From IMG/VR virus record IMGVR_UViG_2905894795_000003: a stretch of 20,000 nt of DNA; one strand, written 5' to 3'. The DNA is from an uncultured virus (IMG/VR IMGVR_UViG_2905894795_000003) (lineage: Duplodnaviria; Heunggongvirae; Uroviricota; Caudoviricetes). Every line of letters begins with the position of its first letter. Within the stretch, counting starts at the first letter, position 1. A program made the position numbers and the translations under genes. The notes beneath the pieces were generated by a model. It made no database searches. It was not told the origin of the DNA and saw only the letters and a list, made by a program, of their open reading frames with translations. This document shows positions 17,379-20,000 of the stretch, in pieces.

Positions 17379-17526
17379 TGCAAAAAAGATCGCAAAAAAA
17401 TCATTTTTCGGTCATTTTATTGCGACTAGTGCAAAATCCTTGAATCCTTCCAATCCCACGCCGCTGAAGGGTTGGCGTTGATTCCACATGTTCTCCGATC
17501 AGTGCAGAAATGATTCTTACCCCATA
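17379..17526. repeat. Prophage left end with putative transposase-binding repeats
   Basis: TGCAAAAAAGATC (17379), TGCAAAATCCTTG (17430) and TGCAGAAATGATT (17503) in the same orientation, just before the host junction. Confidence 0.6.
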
Positions 17527-17725
17527 GTATGTGTCGATGTTCAGTATGTGGTGCGCGCGCGTCGTGGTCGGTTATCTGCTGGGCATTCAACTTGGCATGG
17601 GCGTCACCGGCGTCTGGCTGGGGATGTTCCTCGACTGGACGGTGCGTGGCATCTTCTTCTGGTGGCGACTTAACAGCGGCAAATGGCTTAACCGCTACCA
17701 TAAAATGATCGCGAAAACCGGTTAG
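17527..17725 (+). pseudogene. yeeO: 3' fragment of a YeeO/EmmdR-type MATE efflux transporter interrupted by the prophage
   Basis: YVSMFSMWCARVVVGYLLGIQLGMGVTGVWLGMFLDWTVRGIFFWWR resembles the last TMs of YeeO; the frame is closed upstream by TAG at 17525. Confidence 0.85.
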
Positions 17726-17922
17726 CAGCATGCCTATGCCTTCTCCTCTCACCGGGGGGAAGGCATCACCTCTCAGACCCTGCCTTTAAAAATAACATCT
17801 CCGTCACATCTCCAGGCTTTCAGGTATAATTTCAGTCAGTTGCACAAAGCCAGTCTCGTCTGAGAGGGGTAGCGTATTTCCAGCTGCGCACTGGCGCAGA
17901 ACCTGCTTATCAAGGTGACCCT

Positions 17923-19035
17923 ATGATCCCTGTTAAAACAGCGCTGGCACTCCTGCCGCTGCTGTGTAGCGCTCCGCTGTGGGCGACAACCTTCGTCTAT
18001 GTGTCGAATGCCGAATCCGGCACCGTTTCCCGCTATCAGCTCAGTGAAGCCAATGGCAGCCTGCAATGGCGGGGCGATACGCCCGCCGGGAAAAAGATTA
18101 TGCCGCTGGCGGCCAGCCCGGATGGTAAACATCTCTATGGCGCGCTGCGATCGCCGCCTTACGCAATCATCAGCTGGCGCGTCACCCGTCCACACGGTGA
18201 TCTGCAGAAACTGGCGGTGACGCCGATCAAAGCCAGCTTTCCGTGGATCACCACCGATAAGAGCGGGCGCTACCTGCTGGCCGCCTCCTATGACAGCGAT
18301 ATCGTCACCAGTAACCGGATTGATGATAAAGGCATTGTGACGACCCAGGTTACGGGCGAAGTGAAAACCGGGCCGCATGCTCATTCGGTGATCACCGACG
18401 TCAGCAACCATTCGCTCTACGTTGGTAACCTTGGCGCGGATAGGGTACTGCAATATACCTTCGCCAGTGACGGGGCCATTACTCCGCTGGGTACGGGGTT
18501 TGTACAGGGTGAGAAGAACAGCGGCGCACGGCATTCTGTAATTTCGCCGGATAATCGCTTTCTCTATAACCTCGCGGAGATGAGCGGCACTATTACGCAG
18601 TTCCGGCGCGCAGCCGATGGTACGCTGACGCCATTGAAAACCTGGCCCAACGCGGTGGCGAAGAAATATAACCTGCAGCATGGCGAGCAGCGTCCGGCGG
18701 GCTACAGCGATCCGACGCCGCGCATCTGGGCGGCAGACATTAAAATCACGCCTGATGGGCAATTTATCTATGTGACTGAACGCACCTCCAGCACCGTCAG
18801 CGGTTATCGGGTAGATAAGCACACGGGTGAGTTAACATTCATCGGCAGCTGGCCGGTGGAAAAACAGCCGCGCAGTATCGCGATTGATGCGCAGAGCAAA
18901 TGGCTGATCGTCAGCGGAGAGAAGAGCGCCGTGATTGGCAGCTACGCCATCGATCCCGCCAGCGGTGAACTTAAGCGGGTGGGGGAGGCCCCAGCTGGCA
19001 AAGGGGCGAACTGGGTGACCCTGATAACGCAGTAG
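17923..19035 (+). CDS. Lactonase-family (6-phosphogluconolactonase-like) beta-propeller with signal peptide
   Basis: TFVYVSNAESG, MPLAASPDGKHLY, HAHS, GARH, WAADIKITPDG, QPR and GKGANWV motifs. Confidence 0.9.
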   Translation: MIPVKTALALLPLLCSAPLWATTFVYVSNAESGTVSRYQLSEANGSLQWRGDTPAGKKIMPLAASPDGKHLYGALRSPPYAIISWRVTRPHGDLQKLAVTPIKASFPWITTDKSGRYLLAASYDSDIVTSNRIDDKGIVTTQVTGEVKTGPHAHSVITDVSNHSLYVGNLGADRVLQYTFASDGAITPLGTGFVQGEKNSGARHSVISPDNRFLYNLAEMSGTITQFRRAADGTLTPLKTWPNAVAKKYNLQHGEQRPAGYSDPTPRIWAADIKITPDGQFIYVTERTSSTVSGYRVDKHTGELTFIGSWPVEKQPRSIAIDAQSKWLIVSGEKSAVIGSYAIDPASGELKRVGEAPAGKGANWVTLITQ

Positions 19036-19070
19036 ATTTTTGAGCAGCCGGTCTCTGGCGGCGGCTGATG

Positions 19071-19343
19071 ATTGACCAGGCAAGGCGCGTTATGCCATTT
19101 TCGGCATAAGCTGCGCAGAAATTTTTGGTTCTGATCGAGCGCGTAAGCGGGTTTACTCAGGGCATCAACTGATGCGGAGAACCTGACATGAAACAGAAAC
19201 TGATAGCCTGGTTTGAACAGCTGCTGAGTGGCCCTGTGACCAGTGAACGTGTACATGATATTAACGTCGAACTGCTGCTGCCACTGAGCCAGCTGTATGG
19301 ACTGGAATATTACCCGGCAGTGCATCGTTACCATGAAAGATAA
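19071..19343 (+). pseudogene. Probable decayed ORF; last 51 codons open (19188-19343)
   Basis: One frame reads IDQARRVMPFSA*AAQKFLVLIERVSGFTQGIN*CGEPDMKQKLIAWFEQLL...HRYHER*; GGAGA precedes ATG 19188; a terminator follows. Confidence 0.35.
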
Positions 19344-19366
19344 CGGTTGTTGTACTTTGACTGGTT

Positions 19367-19394
19367 AAAGGCCCGCTACTTTGCGGGCCTTTTT
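19367..19394 (+). terminator. Intrinsic terminator
   Basis: AAAGGCCCGC-TACTTT-GCGGGCC-TTTTT. Confidence 0.8.
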
Positions 19395-19516
19395 GCGTTC
19401 AGGGTGAAGCGAACGGTCATTTCGTTGCTCAGAAAGCGCAGGGATAAAGAGATGAGCTGGTTTCTCTGGCAGATAACTTCGTTTAATATCTGCGAGTTGT
19501 GTTCCAGCACTGCTTC

Positions 19517-19545
19517 TTGTCGTCCCGCATTAATCGCCGTATTCT
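19517..19545 (+). promoter_or_regulatory. Probable sigma70 promoter of the C4-symE unit
   Basis: TTGTCG-17 bp-TATTCT just before the first leader hairpin (19553-19570). Confidence 0.55.
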
Positions 19546-19645
19546 TTTTCTGCGCCTGCCAAATCAGGCGACGGAATTGGAACTCCGGTTAATGCACACT
19601 CGCGGCAACATTTTATTGTCGTGCGTCTGGCTACACCTCAATGGT

Positions 19646-19713
19646 GGGCTGGGCGAGGGCACCTTAGGGTGCGCCGGTTCAGTGTGCCCGGTAGTTCCAA
19701 CCTCGTTCAGTCT
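19646..19713 (+). ncRNA. C4/CI-type antisense RNA (P1 c4 / P4 CI-like, ash-associated)
   Basis: Stem 19646-58/19701-13, GCACC-TTAG-GGTGC hairpin, CCGG-loop-CCGG hairpin and single-stranded AGTTCCAA; complementary sites both upstream and downstream. Confidence 0.8.
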
Positions 19714-19772
19714 GCCACCCATGAGATTGGAACCTCAGGTGGCGGTTTAAAATGCATACTGGAGGCTTCCCC

Positions 19773-20000
19773 ATGAGCACGAACCTCGAACAACACCATT
19801 TGCCATCTGAAAGCGCGCCAACTAAAACACAACGTCGGTATACCATCGGCTATCAGCCCAAACGCGGCGATTGCACCACACCTGCAATACATCTGAGCGG
19901 GAAATGGCTTCGTGAAGCTGGATTTGAAACCGGAGCCCTTATTACGGTGAAAATTGAGCAGGGCTGTCTTGTGCTGGTTCCGGAAAATACTCAGCAATAG
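19773..20000 (+). CDS. symE: SymE-family type I toxin
   Basis: YTIGY...PAIHLSGKWLREAGFETGALITVKIEQGCLVL; GGAGG at 19761-19765 favours ATG 19773. Confidence 0.88.
   Translation: MSTNLEQHHLPSESAPTKTQRRYTIGYQPKRGDCTTPAIHLSGKWLREAGFETGALITVKIEQGCLVLVPENTQQ

Larger units (their letters stand above)
1..17526 (-). mobile_element. Mu-like transposable prophage, left part (continues beyond position 1)
   Basis: Gene order repressor/ner/A/B/gam/gemA/mor/lysis/terS/terL/portal/gpF; abrupt switch to a host MATE gene fragment at ~17527. Confidence 0.97.

Noticed and set aside
17426..17752. ORFs 17426-17752 (-) and 17488-17673 (+) spanning the junction
   Set aside because: Chimeric frames crossing phage end and host DNA; the MATE frame explains the region
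17836..18822. 328-aa - strand ORF
   Set aside because: Shadow of the lactonase gene
19646..19713. tRNA gene
   Set aside because: Cloverleaf-like but without a T-loop (TTCGA) or D-loop consensus; fits C4-type RNA
19752..19772. symE start at 19752
   Set aside because: The GGAGG Shine-Dalgarno lies downstream of it and fits ATG 19773
19641..19776. Intact ash protein gene
   Set aside because: In-frame TAG and a frameshift; treated as the RNA element instead

Overview
Bases 1 to ~17526 are the left ~17.5 kb of a Mu-like (transposable) prophage, read mostly on the - strand. From the left end the order is: repressor (+), ner, DDE transposase A, ATPase B, an accessory early region (Gam, an ANR-like gene, Zn-finger ORFs, a secreted Rap1a-like moron), gemA, a Mor/C activator, the lysis cassette, terminase genes, portal and gpF, which runs off the window. 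The phage interrupts a YeeO/EmmdR-type MATE transporter gene, whose 3' end follows the phage end. Host DNA then carries a secreted lactonase-like gene, a decayed ORF, and a symE-type toxin gene preceded by a complete C4/CI-type antisense-RNA module. The most notable observations are the C4-RNA/SymE pairing, a stand-alone paralog of the transposase C-terminal beta-barrel, the orphan Rap1a-like moron, direct repeats bounding early-region genes, and an apparent TA rather than CA phage end. All family calls come from motif recognition by eye; no searches were run.
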